A stretch of 63,621 nucleotides of DNA, counting the filler, from Barthelona sp. PAP020 (lineage: Eukaryota), in NCBI GenBank assembly GCA_040182905.1. It is 6 parts of 6 records of this genome, joined end to end, with 100 filler letters (N's around TTAATTAATTAA, not from the genome) between each part and the next. Parts side by side here need not be neighbours in the genome. Positions count along the whole stretch, not along the records: positions 31,986 to 42,508 come from JARQWU010000400.1; positions 42,609 to 53,107 come from JARQWU010000401.1; 4 more parts are not named here. The stretch is one strand, 5' to 3'. Below, one piece after another: positions 37,833-48,669 of the stretch. How positions within the stretch are numbered: position 1 is the first letter of the stretch; each line of letters starts with the position of its first letter. Under the pieces are notes generated by a model that worked only from the letters and a program-made list of their open reading frames with translations, was not told the DNA's origin and did not search any database. Made by a program: the position numbers and the translations under genes.

Positions 37833-39521
37833 TTAATAAATAACATTAACTCCATATATTTTGTTATGATAGATCCGTAAGTAAAAACATATTCCTAAAA
37901 TGATGAAAATGATGAAAAGAATTATTTTTGTTTTTCCTCCCATTTTAACGATCTTTTTTGAAGTTTCTTCTGATTTAAATGTTTCATCTTTTTGAATAAT
38001 TTTTTCATTCACCATTTGATCAGCAACCTTTGTCAATTTTTTAAAAACATCACTATCTTCATAATTAGCAAAATCTGTTGACTCTTCTAAAAAGACAGCC
38101 AAAAACTTAAGATAATCAAATTGTATTTTGTCATCAAGAGAAATCTTCACTTTATTATTTTTGGCCCACATGTGAGTTTCATATACAAAATTCTTAGTAG
38201 AAATGTTATCTTCAAAAACTAACGTTTTCATCTGATCTTCAACCAATTTGTAGGAATCAGCACAAATACCAATTCTTTCAATGTGATGTGTGTTGTTTCG
38301 AGATACAGAGAAATACAATTCTCTTTCTTCTTCGAAATATTTGGCTTGAATTATTCTTCCTTTTACATTAAAGGTGTCAATGATATTTTCCGCAGATGTG
38401 TCCAATAAATATATAAGTCCACTGCGCTCACAGCAAAGCAAAAGTTCCTTATCAATAAAAAATAAACTTCTTAAAGGACTGTCAATGTTAATGGTTTTAG
38501 ATATTGAAAATTCTTTATCTTCACTTCTAATGTCATAACAAAAACACAAATGATCTTCATAAACTAATATTAACGTGTCATGTTTTTGATCATATGCAAT
38601 TACACGCATATCAGACTTTTTGGTTGATGAAATTGTCCCAATTAATTCACAATCTTCTTCAGAATATTCAATTATTGCACATACGCCTTTATTTGAATGT
38701 ACAGCTAAACGATTACTTCCAAGATTTTTAATGGTCCAAATATGATTTATTCCTTTAAAACGTTTGCGATAATTTACTGTTTTACCATTGATACCTTCAA
38801 TAGAACGACAATATAACATACCAACTGAATCAACAGTAAATAACAAATCTCCAACTATTATTCCATCTTGAACCCATTTAAGAATTTTTTTTCCATTTTT
38901 CATTAAAGTGTATGTGTATTCGTTGAAAAATTCGTAGTTTTTTAAATCTCTTGAGTATTTTAACAACGTACATTTTCCATTGTTACCACATATTCCACAA
39001 TACTCACCATCATCGGAAAAGAAAATTGAGTTAAAACCTAGTGTTCGTTTTGAATGAAATGCAATTTGTTCTATCTTCAGATCTTCCAGTGCTTTTTTAT
39101 TAACCTGTAAGATAAATTTGCCACTGTTATCTCCAATGCCCATAAATAAATTATCATCTTTCTTTATAACAGCCAAAGCATAAATAGCATCATCAAATAG
39201 TTCAGGTTCAAATTCAGAAGATTCAACAGGTTTATTTATTAACATTGATTCTTTGCTTGTGTTCCATGGTTGAATATAAAATAAACAGAGACTCAAAGCT
39301 TTAATATCTTTCATTGTCGTACAATAATAAAGGCAATGTGAATTAAAATAAGGGTCAAGGCTAAAATCAATTGAACGAAAATATTCATTAAGCTCCAGAT
39401 AATAACCTCTATCAACCAAAAATTCAAAAAACTCAATCTTATTTCCATCAGCCAACGAATATTCTTTGCACTTCAGTATTAAATCAAAAACAGACAGTTG
39501 TTTTTGCTGATCAGACGCCAT
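37833..39521 (-). CDS. WD40-like beta-propeller protein with a C-terminal membrane anchor
   Basis: Degenerate WD-like strands (IGDNSGKF, CGNNGKC, VDSVGML, CERSGLIYLLD) and a C-terminal TM IILFIIFIILGICFYL flanked by basic residues. Confidence 0.7.
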   Translation of the reverse strand: MASDQQKQLSVFDLILKCKEYSLADGNKIEFFEFLVDRGYYLELNEYFRSIDFSLDPYFNSHCLYYCTTMKDIKALSLCLFYIQPWNTSKESMLINKPVESSEFEPELFDDAIYALAVIKKDDNLFMGIGDNSGKFILQVNKKALEDLKIEQIAFHSKRTLGFNSIFFSDDGEYCGICGNNGKCTLLKYSRDLKNYEFFNEYTYTLMKNGKKILKWVQDGIIVGDLLFTVDSVGMLYCRSIEGINGKTVNYRKRFKGINHIWTIKNLGSNRLAVHSNKGVCAIIEYSEEDCELIGTISSTKKSDMRVIAYDQKHDTLILVYEDHLCFCYDIRSEDKEFSISKTINIDSPLRSLFFIDKELLLCCERSGLIYLLDTSAENIIDTFNVKGRIIQAKYFEEERELYFSVSRNNTHHIERIGICADSYKLVEDQMKTLVFEDNISTKNFVYETHMWAKNNKVKISLDDKIQFDYLKFLAVFLEESTDFANYEDSDVFKKLTKVADQMVNEKIIQKDETFKSEETSKKIVKMGGKTKIILFIIFIILGICFYLRIYHNKIYGVNVIY

Positions 39522-39818
39522 ATTTTTAACTCTATTTTAAAAAAAAATCTGTTGCGAATAGTAAAATAAATTGATAAAATTTTTAAATATGAAATTTTGG
39601 TGATTACATGTGATAAATAATGAATACTGCCAAATATCTTTTACATAAGTTTTAAATCTAGAACAAAAAAAAAAGAGGTTAAAGTGAATCAAATTGTTTT
39701 GCATTTTCAAATCATCTAACACTATTTTGTTTAAATAATAAATCAAAAATAAAAAAAAACGAGAAAAAGGATAAAACAAAAAGAAAAAGACAAATCATTC
39801 ATTTTTTTTAATTTTCAC

Positions 39819-40967
39819 ATGCCTTTATTGACATTTTCATTACCAATTTCATCAGAAAAAAGTGAAAATGTGTTTATTAGAGAGTTAACACAATTACTAT
39901 CTCCACACACCAAACTTATTATCAAGAAATATCCTAATTTTGCGTTTGGTAACCTGGATTCATTGTTAGCATTAGCTGATGACATGGCTAAAGCTTCATT
40001 GAACTTTCAAAACCTTTGTTATCGATTGGAAAAGACTATTTATGATTTAAAGAAAGAACAGATCTTACAATCAAACTTACCGATAAACGATGAAGCATTA
40101 CGTCATATTGAGGTTGAATTAGATAATGTTTCTATGAGTGTAGAAGATTATTTTTATGGATTAGATTGGTCAAAGAGTGATTATAATCCTGGTATTACAC
40201 CTCAAAGTATTTTTAGTAAGTTACAACAAGAATTTACTAGTATCGATGAAGAATTTAAAGTGTTTCCTCAGAGTATTAGTCAATTAAAGGCTCAATTGAC
40301 ACAAATGGAACGTCAATTAAGAGGTCCTTTGACGACAAGAGCTTTGGATGATCTAATTCCCCAAAATCTTTTCATAAATAAGGAATTCATTGTTTCTGTA
40401 TTCATTGTAGTTCCTTTGAGAGATCAAGAGAAGTTTTTGAACAATTATGCATTATTGGATGAAAATATTGTTCCTGAATCTGCTATTGAAATATTTAAAG
40501 ATAAAAACCATTATTTATACCGTGTTGTTCTGTTTAAACAAATATTACAATCTGTCAAAGATAAATGTCGTGATAATGGTTGGAGATTGAGAGAATATGT
40601 TCCACCTATAGAAAAGAATGTAAATTTTGAAGAAAAATTCAATGAATTGAAAAAGAAAGTAACTAAAAAGACCAATGATTTTCAATATTTTTCAATAGCT
40701 GCTTTTTCTGAAGCTCTAACTTTATTATATCATTTGAATCATTTAAGACTATTTATTGAATCAGTTTTAACATATGGTCCACCTCATCAAACTTCCCATA
40801 ACAGTTTTCTTTCTGCTATGTGTGAGATTAACACAAAGAATGAAAGTCGAATCAAAGAGTCACTTCATAATACTTTCAATTATCTTCAAACTGGCATCGA
40901 ATTAGATCCTACTGATATTTTGGAGGGTATTGTTAATATTGAATTTCTTTTGCATGCAAAATTATGA
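39819..40967 (+). CDS. VMA5: V-type ATPase V1 subunit C
   Basis: PNFAFGNLDSLLALADDM, GPLTTRALDDL, IVPESA, LYRVVLFK and LRLFIESVLTYG.PP. Confidence 0.92.
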   Translation: MPLLTFSLPISSEKSENVFIRELTQLLSPHTKLIIKKYPNFAFGNLDSLLALADDMAKASLNFQNLCYRLEKTIYDLKKEQILQSNLPINDEALRHIEVELDNVSMSVEDYFYGLDWSKSDYNPGITPQSIFSKLQQEFTSIDEEFKVFPQSISQLKAQLTQMERQLRGPLTTRALDDLIPQNLFINKEFIVSVFIVVPLRDQEKFLNNYALLDENIVPESAIEIFKDKNHYLYRVVLFKQILQSVKDKCRDNGWRLREYVPPIEKNVNFEEKFNELKKKVTKKTNDFQYFSIAAFSEALTLLYHLNHLRLFIESVLTYGPPHQTSHNSFLSAMCEINTKNESRIKESLHNTFNYLQTGIELDPTDILEGIVNIEFLLHAKL

Positions 40968-41033
40968 GTATCAAAGTAAAAGCAACAAAATTTTGTTTTC
41001 CTTTTTTTTTTTTGGATTTTTTTATCAGACATT

Positions 41034-41867
41034 ATGTCAGGAATTATGTTAACCAAAACACTGTGTATACGAAATTGTGGAATGCAAAAACGGTCGGGAG
41101 AGAATGAGGACAGTTTTTTGCAAAAAATTACAACTTTGATGTTAGATTCAAAGAAATTAAATGATATTCAAGCTGTATGTTTTTGTCCAAATACAGAAAT
41201 ATTGTATTTAAATGATAATATGATCGATAACATTGAAAGTTTAAGATATTTACATAGAATTACTCAATTACATTTAGAAAACAATAAAATAGAAAATATT
41301 TCAATAATGTCTACATTTTCAACAATTAAGCAAATATTTTTAGATTTCAACAATATTTCAAATTGTTCTTTTTTGCAAAGTTTCACTAATTTAGAGCTAC
41401 TAAACTTAAGTCATCAAAATTCAGAAATGTTAACAATATTTCCAGATTACATCACAACATTATCTTTAAAGCATTTGGATTTATCATATAATAAGCTTGA
41501 AAATGTAGATTTCCTATTAAATTGTACTTCTTTGGAAACTTTGATCGTAAATGATTGCCAAATAGAAGATTGGAGAGTCTTTTTGAGAAGTTTGTCAAAT
41601 ATGCCGAAACTAAAGAAAATCGATTATCGTAATAATCCTGGTTTAACCAAAGGAGATAGATTTTTTGATCAAAAAGTTTTGTATTTTACATCCTATCGAC
41701 TGAAAGAACAAAACGATAAGGATATCAGACAAGGTGAAATTGCAAGAGCAAGGAATTGGGCAGCTAGAGCTTCTATTGTAACCAAAGATAACAATAAATC
41801 AAGAGTTAAAGTTCAAAATAATACAGAACCAAATTTATTTGTAGTTGGGCATTCAACACAATTGTAA
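41034..41867 (+). CDS. PPP1R42: SDS22-like LRR protein, PP1 regulatory subunit 42 (LRRC67)-like
   Basis: N-terminus LT.....RN.....R..E.....LQKIT followed by LYLNDNMIDNIESL and LHLENNKIENI LRRs and an LRR cap (IDYRNNP). Confidence 0.75.
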   Translation: MSGIMLTKTLCIRNCGMQKRSGENEDSFLQKITTLMLDSKKLNDIQAVCFCPNTEILYLNDNMIDNIESLRYLHRITQLHLENNKIENISIMSTFSTIKQIFLDFNNISNCSFLQSFTNLELLNLSHQNSEMLTIFPDYITTLSLKHLDLSYNKLENVDFLLNCTSLETLIVNDCQIEDWRVFLRSLSNMPKLKKIDYRNNPGLTKGDRFFDQKVLYFTSYRLKEQNDKDIRQGEIARARNWAARASIVTKDNNKSRVKVQNNTEPNLFVVGHSTQL

Positions 41868-42508
41868 ACATTTAATTGGAACATTTATCAAAAGAAATTT
41901 TTTAGGCCAGGGTTTTTGTTACATTTGCTGCATGTTCATTGAAATTAACAACACTAGAATTTCTTTCTTTTTGACAAACTTTGGTTTACTGAAGGTTATC
42001 TTTTTAAATTATTTTTAAACTATAAGGTGTCAACTATCTTTCAAATTTTCTTGCATTGCCAAAATAATATAGTATGGAGATATATTGTTCCACCATTTTT
42101 GAAATGTCAAAATTTGTCAATTCAAAAATTCATCTCATCTGAGCAATTGTAAACAACTTTTTTTTTTTTTATCTCATTTGTTTCTTCTAAACTGTGATTT
42201 TAGTTTCAACTGTGAATTCAAATGTCAAATTGATTAAAAGACAAAAGAGTACAATTCTATTTCTTTCCAAATGTCTGCCCTGTACTTAAAGCGTACAAAG
42301 GAGGAAGTTTCTTTCAGGATGCGCCTCAAACAATGTGCCGAAGCTTCAAATCATCCTTGTCAAAAGTGAAAGGCCATTTGTGTTCATTCCCAAAGTGTTT
42401 CGCTTCAAATTAACAGTCTGAAACACCTCATTTTTGCCAATAAAACTTGATTGACTCATGCTGTTTGCTTGATTCTGTTGGCAAATGTATTTACCTTTTC
42501 CACTTCAC

Positions 42509-42608
42509 NNNNNNNNNNNNNNNNNNNNNNNNNNNNNNNNNNNNNNNNNNNNTTAATTAATTAANNNNNNNNNNNNNNNNNNNNNNNNNNNNNNNNNNNN
42601 NNNNNNNN
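42509..42608. other. Artificial contig-joining linker
   Basis: N44-TTAATTAATTAA-N44. Confidence 0.97.
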
Positions 42609-42725
42609 TTCTTGTTGTGTTGGACTCCAATAATTGATATGTTAACAATAAGAAAAGATAAAAGTGGTCTAATATTTTGCTCCAGTAGTGACATAAACTT
42701 ATTTTCAGTGAAAAGAAACCCAAAA

Positions 42726-42944
42726 AGTCATTTTAGTGAATTTGGGAAAAATACAGGGTGTGAGATCCAGACTGAAAGTACATTGTGTGAATCCAGGTTG
42801 TGTCTTTGGAAAAAATTCAAACTTTACCTTGGAAAATCCAAAGTCTTTCAACAGATCAATCGACCCTCGAAAGCCTTTACCCAAATAAACACTATTCTTT
42901 TTTATTCACTCATACGCACAGTGCTTCTTGGTTTGGAAATAAAT
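42726..42944 (+). repeat. Dispersed repeat family, copy C (about 48-nt internal deletion relative to copy B)
   Basis: Aligns to 31986-32253. It may extend to the contig start at 42609, where copy B gives no comparison. Confidence 0.9.
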
Positions 42945-43274
42945 TTCAAACCACTTTCTCTTTTCATTTTTGTTTAAATTATTTGAAAAAACATAACAAT
43001 TACTATTCTTTTAAATATGTTTTAGTTCTCCCATATTAAATAAAATATTAGCTAATTTCTTAACATAAATTTGATTTTCTAATTATTAATAGTGAAAGAA
43101 GATTGTATTTTTCTTTTTAAAAAAAGAAATGGACACAATAACGAAATGATTGATATAACTATGCTTTTTCGAATAAAACTTTTTTTTGGTTGAGTTGGAT
43201 TTTTTTGAAAATCTGAAATTGAAGACATCTCGGTTCAATTCTTGAAAAAACAATTTTTTTTTTTTGAAAAATTT

Positions 43275-44138
43275 TTATAAACTATTCCTGCGTCTTGAAC
43301 CAAATAACAATAAAGAAGCACCATATAAACTATTGCTAGCTTGTCTTAAAGCTAATCTCACATCTTCTTCTTGGAAATTTAAATTAGTAAACAATTCCAT
43401 AACTAATGGATTATCCGTCAAATCAACATCTGCATTCGAAAAAGGCTCATATAACACACTTTCACCATCATCTACAAGCAAAGCGGAAGGGGGAGCAAAC
43501 AGATCGATGGAAGGATTTTCATCATCTCTTGACACAGAGGATATTCTGTCTCCAATTTTTAAAAGAAAATCAGGCAATCTAACACCAAGATTTTTAGGTG
43601 CAAATAAATAAAATATGCCAATAAAAACCGCACATAACAAATAACAAAGACTATTAGGGCTATTAACAAAAATTAATAAACAAGTGAAGAACTTATCGGA
43701 AAGCAACTTGCTATTATGAAAGGTGATGGATGGAGGAACTATTTTTAGATAAAGTGGAACAAATACATAGGGGAAAAAACAAGGCCAATAATCATAAGAA
43801 GAAATATCAAAATATTTAATATGACTGAAACCAAAAAGATAAATGATAGGACCAATAAAAATCGAAATCACAGACAAAATGAAATACTTGGCTGATCCGA
43901 GAAATCTTTCAATGTTACGAAAACAGTGAATAAAAAAAATACTTCTTATTAACTCAAAATTATCAACATACAAAAATGGAGAAAAAATTAGTCGGTAATA
44001 TTTTTTTAAAACAATAACACTTGTGTAATTAATAACTGTATAATCATATAAATCCAACAAATTGATCATTAAAGAGATATATATAGTTAAATAAAACAAA
44101 ACTTTGGAAACAGGTGCATTGTCTATTATTATTAGCAT
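43275..44138 (-). CDS. UBAC2: Rhomboid-like pseudoprotease with C-terminal UBA domain (UBAC2/Dsc2 family)
   Basis: NAPVSK, YYRLI, FRNIERFLGSAKY, LSDKF and a C-terminal UBA-like LNFQEEDVRLALRQASNSLYGASLLL. Confidence 0.75.
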   Translation of the reverse strand: MLIIIDNAPVSKVLFYLTIYISLMINLLDLYDYTVINYTSVIVLKKYYRLIFSPFLYVDNFELIRSIFFIHCFRNIERFLGSAKYFILSVISIFIGPIIYLFGFSHIKYFDISSYDYWPCFFPYVFVPLYLKIVPPSITFHNSKLLSDKFFTCLLIFVNSPNSLCYLLCAVFIGIFYLFAPKNLGVRLPDFLLKIGDRISSVSRDDENPSIDLFAPPSALLVDDGESVLYEPFSNADVDLTDNPLVMELFTNLNFQEEDVRLALRQASNSLYGASLLLFGSRRRNSL

Positions 44139-44383
44139 AATATTTAATTATTTAATGTTACCAAAATTTGGTTTACCTGCAAATAAAACCATTATACAAA
44201 AAACAAAGCAAAAAAAAAATGACTTGGTATACATTGTTTCCTTTTCTTGAAATAATTTGTTTATGACAGGTTTTTATCATGAATTAGGTAATTATAATAA
44301 TTAATATAAAAAATTGAATAACAAAAATAGAGGATATCTTTTACATATTATCAATTCAACACTTCACGAATTTTTTTCATTCA

Positions 44384-46846
44384 TTATTTCTTAGGTTTAG
44401 GTTTTTTCTTTTTGTCTTTTGTGTCGTCTTCATCAAATTCAGGGTTGTACATTTTGTAAGGGAGAGAGCTTGTGAATTTGGTGAATTCATCGAAATCATC
44501 ACTTGTAAAAGGTATTTGTTTTGACATTGCTTCTGCAAATTCAGAAATACTGAATGATTGTGAGGTTAGATTGTCGATTCTTTCTTTTGTGAAGGTGTCT
44601 TGACAAATCCTCTTGATGTTGGCGCCTGTAACCAATCCAGTCTTTCTTGTGATGCTCAGCAAGCTGGTTATTTCTGTTCCTTTGGAAAAAATCTGATGTT
44701 TTGGTTTTTTGGCAAATTTGCTCACATATTTTTCCCACAGCATATACTGGGTTTGATAATTGGGAATGGGAAGATAAAATGTTCTGTCGAATGACGTTGA
44801 GATTGCCTCTGGATCAAGATTGGCGGGTTTTGCACTTATGGATACCAACATCAGTGGTAAATGTCCTTGTTTACTGAATAAATTGGTGATTTCTTTCTTC
44901 ATTTTCTTCATGATTTCACCTCCTTTAATGCCCTTCTTCGATTTTTTATTGAACCACACTTTTTCAGCCTCATCAATCAAAATTATTGTTGGGCCCATAT
45001 CTCTGGCTATCTGTGCGATATCACTAAACAGACCGACAATTGTTTTGCTTGTGTATTGTTCCACAATAATTTCGTTAGCAATGTTTATGACAATAGCACC
45101 CAATTCATTTGCAATTGTGTATAAAAGCGTGCGCTTTCCAACTCCATTGGGTCCATACAAAAACAGTTTACGGGGTATTTTGGGATTGCTGCGAATTAAA
45201 GCTGAGCCAATGGGGAAACTTAAGGCTTCAATGAACGAAGACACAACAAGATTTGTTGGAGGTGGCTGAACATTTCCAACTTTATATGCAGTTTCTGCAT
45301 TTTCATCAAATCCAGAGCAAAAATCTTCAATATGCAATTCAGGCAATGGCTTAATGTGTCCATAGTTTACCAGACGCGCAAAAACATTCACGGTTGGTTC
45401 TTCTACCTTTGTCTTCTTTGCTTTTTGTTTCTTTGCTTTTTTCTTGCCTTTCTTCTTTCCTTTTTTTTTCTTCTTTGACAGCTTTGCGTCTGCAAGCTTC
45501 AACTCCAGTTTCAATTCCGCCAGTTCACGTGTAAGCACTTCCATCATTTGTTCCTTCACTTGTGCCTCCCATGCTGGTAGCAACTCGGCTTTTATCATAT
45601 TTCTGTCATAATGTTCGTCGGTATTTTCATCTGCAATATCATGCTCAGCAAACTCAACTTGCCAGTTTTCAAAATATTCCTTTGTTCCGTGAACAATCGC
45701 ACTTTCGAAGGGAGACGGACCCGCAACATCTTCCTCTTCATTTTTGGATTTAGCTTTTGCAGGCTTTTTACCTCCTTTTGCATTACCTTTCTTCTTTTTG
45801 GAGTCCTCAGGCGCTTCTTCTTGTTTACCAGCATCAGGATCAATTGCTTTTTTGAATTCATCAATGCTTTCCGGCAGTTTGTTGGTTTTGGCCAAAGTCT
45901 CAGCAACAAACGAATGGAAACGGTCCTGATAGCTTTCTTTCAGTACCTCCTGTTCACGCCCAACCTCTAAATTCTTCTTTGTCTGTTCTTTCGCCAACTC
46001 AAACTCCTTTTGGACCTCATGTTGCTTTTGTTTGCGCAAAATGCGATCACGTCGTGCCTTCTCTGTGGCAACAATAACGGGATCCTCACTGGTGAATGCC
46101 TTTTCATCATACCTCATTCCTAAACTATACAATTCTTCAACCTTAGCAGCTTTAATTTCCATTTGCGCAAGATATCGATTCCATCCATGTTGAATGAGTA
46201 ACGCTGCACTATCAGGGGTCATTGAAGAGGAAAAGTCCTGAGCTTCCAAAACATCCCTCGCCCACAAGGATCTGTACCGACCTTGACGTCCACGCTCAGC
46301 AGTTTGAATCAGCAATATTGCTTCATCAGGAGTCAACGGAACAACAGCAGGAGCAACACTACAGTGCCTATCGAAGAAATCAATTTCTTTTGGAATGCCA
46401 AATTTTTCGCACAAGGTTCTTACATGTTCTTCTCTCACAGTCACTTCGTCTGCACGATCTCCCTTAACAAACAAAGGGATGTCCACGTCGGTATAATCAA
46501 AGGTCTTCTGATTGTCAAGACACAAATCATCGAAGAAAATGACTTCATACCCCTGAAATTTGACTAAATCTTTTCTCAACTCCAAAATTCTCCCCATTAT
46601 ACCCTGCAATAGCATGGCCAATGTTAATCTCTTTTGAGCGTGTAACGTCATATCATTCACCTCGTTTAATGCCTTATATGCAGACAATGTCTTTAAATAC
46701 ACCAATTTAAGTTGTTGAAACTTTTGCTCCGGAGACATTTTCTTCAATCCACCTGCAAATTCAGGAGGTGGCTGCTGAATATCAATGATTTCCAACAAAT
46801 CAAACATAGTTTTCTTCCATAGCTCATCATATGTTCGGGTTGACAT
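44384..46846 (-). CDS. IQCA1: IQ and AAA domain protein, dynein regulatory complex subunit 11
   Basis: LHAQKR...GIMGRILEL, AILLIQTAERGRQGR, IQ-like AALLIQHGW, a poly-Lys tract, Walker A GPNGVGK and Walker B ILIDE. Confidence 0.9.
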   Translation of the reverse strand: MSTRTYDELWKKTMFDLLEIIDIQQPPPEFAGGLKKMSPEQKFQQLKLVYLKTLSAYKALNEVNDMTLHAQKRLTLAMLLQGIMGRILELRKDLVKFQGYEVIFFDDLCLDNQKTFDYTDVDIPLFVKGDRADEVTVREEHVRTLCEKFGIPKEIDFFDRHCSVAPAVVPLTPDEAILLIQTAERGRQGRYRSLWARDVLEAQDFSSSMTPDSAALLIQHGWNRYLAQMEIKAAKVEELYSLGMRYDEKAFTSEDPVIVATEKARRDRILRKQKQHEVQKEFELAKEQTKKNLEVGREQEVLKESYQDRFHSFVAETLAKTNKLPESIDEFKKAIDPDAGKQEEAPEDSKKKKGNAKGGKKPAKAKSKNEEEDVAGPSPFESAIVHGTKEYFENWQVEFAEHDIADENTDEHYDRNMIKAELLPAWEAQVKEQMMEVLTRELAELKLELKLADAKLSKKKKKGKKKGKKKAKKQKAKKTKVEEPTVNVFARLVNYGHIKPLPELHIEDFCSGFDENAETAYKVGNVQPPPTNLVVSSFIEALSFPIGSALIRSNPKIPRKLFLYGPNGVGKRTLLYTIANELGAIVINIANEIIVEQYTSKTIVGLFSDIAQIARDMGPTIILIDEAEKVWFNKKSKKGIKGGEIMKKMKKEITNLFSKQGHLPLMLVSISAKPANLDPEAISTSFDRTFYLPIPNYQTQYMLWEKYVSKFAKKPKHQIFSKGTEITSLLSITRKTGLVTGANIKRICQDTFTKERIDNLTSQSFSISEFAEAMSKQIPFTSDDFDEFTKFTSSLPYKMYNPEFDEDDTKDKKKKPKPKK

Positions 46847-47007
46847 CTTAATGTCAAAAATTCAAAAATGAGAATTTTTCCATTTTGTTGTTTGTTGCAT
46901 TTTCTTCCTACAATTTGCCCATTAGTCATAAATTATGCAAAGTTGCTGTTTTAAAAGTTGCTTTTCCATTGACATTTATTTCCTTCTTTTTCTCCAAATT
47001 CCCCATT

Positions 47008-47935
47008 ATGGTCAAAGTTAATCGAAGATTGGCAGCTAAATTAAAAGAAAGAGAATCCAAAGTCGTCGAAAATCCAAAATCAGCTTTGATTATGCGTGGT
47101 CATAACACAAGCTCCATAGTCAACAGTGTTTTGAATGATTTGGTATTTTTATTTCATATTCACATCTTCACACTAACATTTATAGTACACACTGAGAAAG
47201 CCCTTGTCCAAATCCTTTTTTAAGAAGAATGCGATTTTACCCTTTGAAAACACCGAATCTTTGGAGTTTTTATCCGACAAAAATGATGCATCTTTGATTA
47301 TTTTGGGTCAATCAAACAAAAAACGCCCAAACAATCTCATATTTATCAGAATGTTCGATCATCATGTTTTTGACATGCACGAAGTTCAAGTTGTAGGCTA
47401 CGAAGCGTTGGAAAGCTTCAACACATCCTTCAATTTGAAAGATCAGCCCATGTTGAGCTTCGTCGGCTCACAGTGGGAGAACTTTGAATTTTATCGCACT
47501 TTTAAAAGCTTTTTGACTGATTTTTTCAGCAACTCAAGGGACAACAAAGTCAATTTGGCTGGTTTATCACGAGTTTTACAATTCGCAATTGACCCTGAAG
47601 GTGTTATTTCCGTGAAGCATTTCAAAGTTTCTTTGAAAAAGTCTGGTACAAGAATTCCTAAGGTGAAGTTGGACGAAATTGGTCCTTCCTTCAACTGGAT
47701 TCCAGGCAGAATGCAAGAAGCCGACTCTGTTGCAAAGAGAGAAGCATTCAGAAAACCAAAGGAATTGAAAGTCAATAAGAACAAAAATATCACAGAAACC
47801 GATAATTTGGTGTTGGGTAAAGTTCATGTCGCTAAACCTGATTTGAGCAAGATTTCTCTCAAAAAAACTAGAGCAATGCCCAGAAGAAATCAAGGTAAGG
47901 GCAGCAGCATCGAAAAAAGAGAACCTAGTCTTTAG
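47008..47935 (+). CDS. RPF2: Ribosome production factor 2 (Brix domain); exons 47008-47142 and 47186-47935 (294 aa)
   Basis: RESKVVENPKSAL, spliced DL|YTLRKP, KKNAILPFE...LEFLSDKNDASL, KKRPNNL..RMFD and PKVKLDEIGPS. Ends at TAG. Confidence 0.93.
47143..47185 (+). other. 43-nt GT-AG intron in RPF2
   Basis: GTATTT...CACTAACATTTATAG. Removal joins two Rpf2-like ORFs in frame. Confidence 0.9.
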
Positions 47936-48072
47936 AATTTAGAATTATAAATGTTATATTTGCGGTTTTATTATAATTTTTGTGTTTATTTGTGTTTTCT
48001 TTCATTTTGGAAGTGAAACAAAAGAACTGCTTTTTGTATTTTTTTCTTTTCAAAGAACAATTGAATTTATTA

Positions 48073-48588
48073 ATGATAGATGCACCATCAAACAATGACA
48101 GTAGTTCTTCGCCCGCTCCCGGTAGAAATTTAGTCAGACGTTTGTTAACTGATTTTAAAAGACTTCGAGATGATGCACCAGATGGAATAATTGCAGTACC
48201 ATCAAATGACAATATCCAAAAATGGGATGCTCTAATATTTGGTCCACAAGATACACCTTGGGAAGGAGCAGTTTTGAAGTTGACATTAGATTTTCCAAAT
48301 AATTATCCTGCTTCGCCACCTGATGTCAGATTCGTTTCAAAGATGTTTCATCCAAATGTATATAATGATGGACAGATATGTTTGGACATTTTGAAAGACA
48401 AATGGGCACCCATTTTTAATGTGGGGTCAATCTTATTATCCATTCAATCTTTACTCACTGATCCTAATCCTGCTTCTGCAGCTGATAATTTAGCGGCTCA
48501 TTTGTACACTCACCGTCCAGATGAATATATTAGACGAATTCGTCAAATTGCTCACGATAGTATTCAAGAACATTCATTACATGAATAA
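48073..48588 (+). CDS. RAD6: Ubiquitin-conjugating enzyme E2, Rad6/UBE2A-B class
   Basis: RRLLTDFKRL, IFGPQDTPWEG, MFHPNVYNDGQICLDIL and SIQSLLTDPNPAS. The first ATG is at 48073. Confidence 0.9.
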   Translation: MIDAPSNNDSSSSPAPGRNLVRRLLTDFKRLRDDAPDGIIAVPSNDNIQKWDALIFGPQDTPWEGAVLKLTLDFPNNYPASPPDVRFVSKMFHPNVYNDGQICLDILKDKWAPIFNVGSILLSIQSLLTDPNPASAADNLAAHLYTHRPDEYIRRIRQIAHDSIQEHSLHE

Positions 48589-48669
48589 TTACCTTTTTTT
48601 TATAAATATTTGTCTTTCAACATCTTATTCCTTTTTTCATTTTCAAGTTTTTTTGAAAATTTTTATAAT

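Noticed and set aside
42240..42508. Relatively GC-rich contig-end sequence as a gene or transposon fragment
   Set aside because: The minus-strand frames I translated are interrupted by stops, the ORF track lists nothing here, and no recognisable motif was found.
42612..43039. ORFs 42612..42977 and 42800..43039 as genes
   Set aside because: They start at non-ATG codons within the dispersed repeat, and the frames are not preserved in the other copies.
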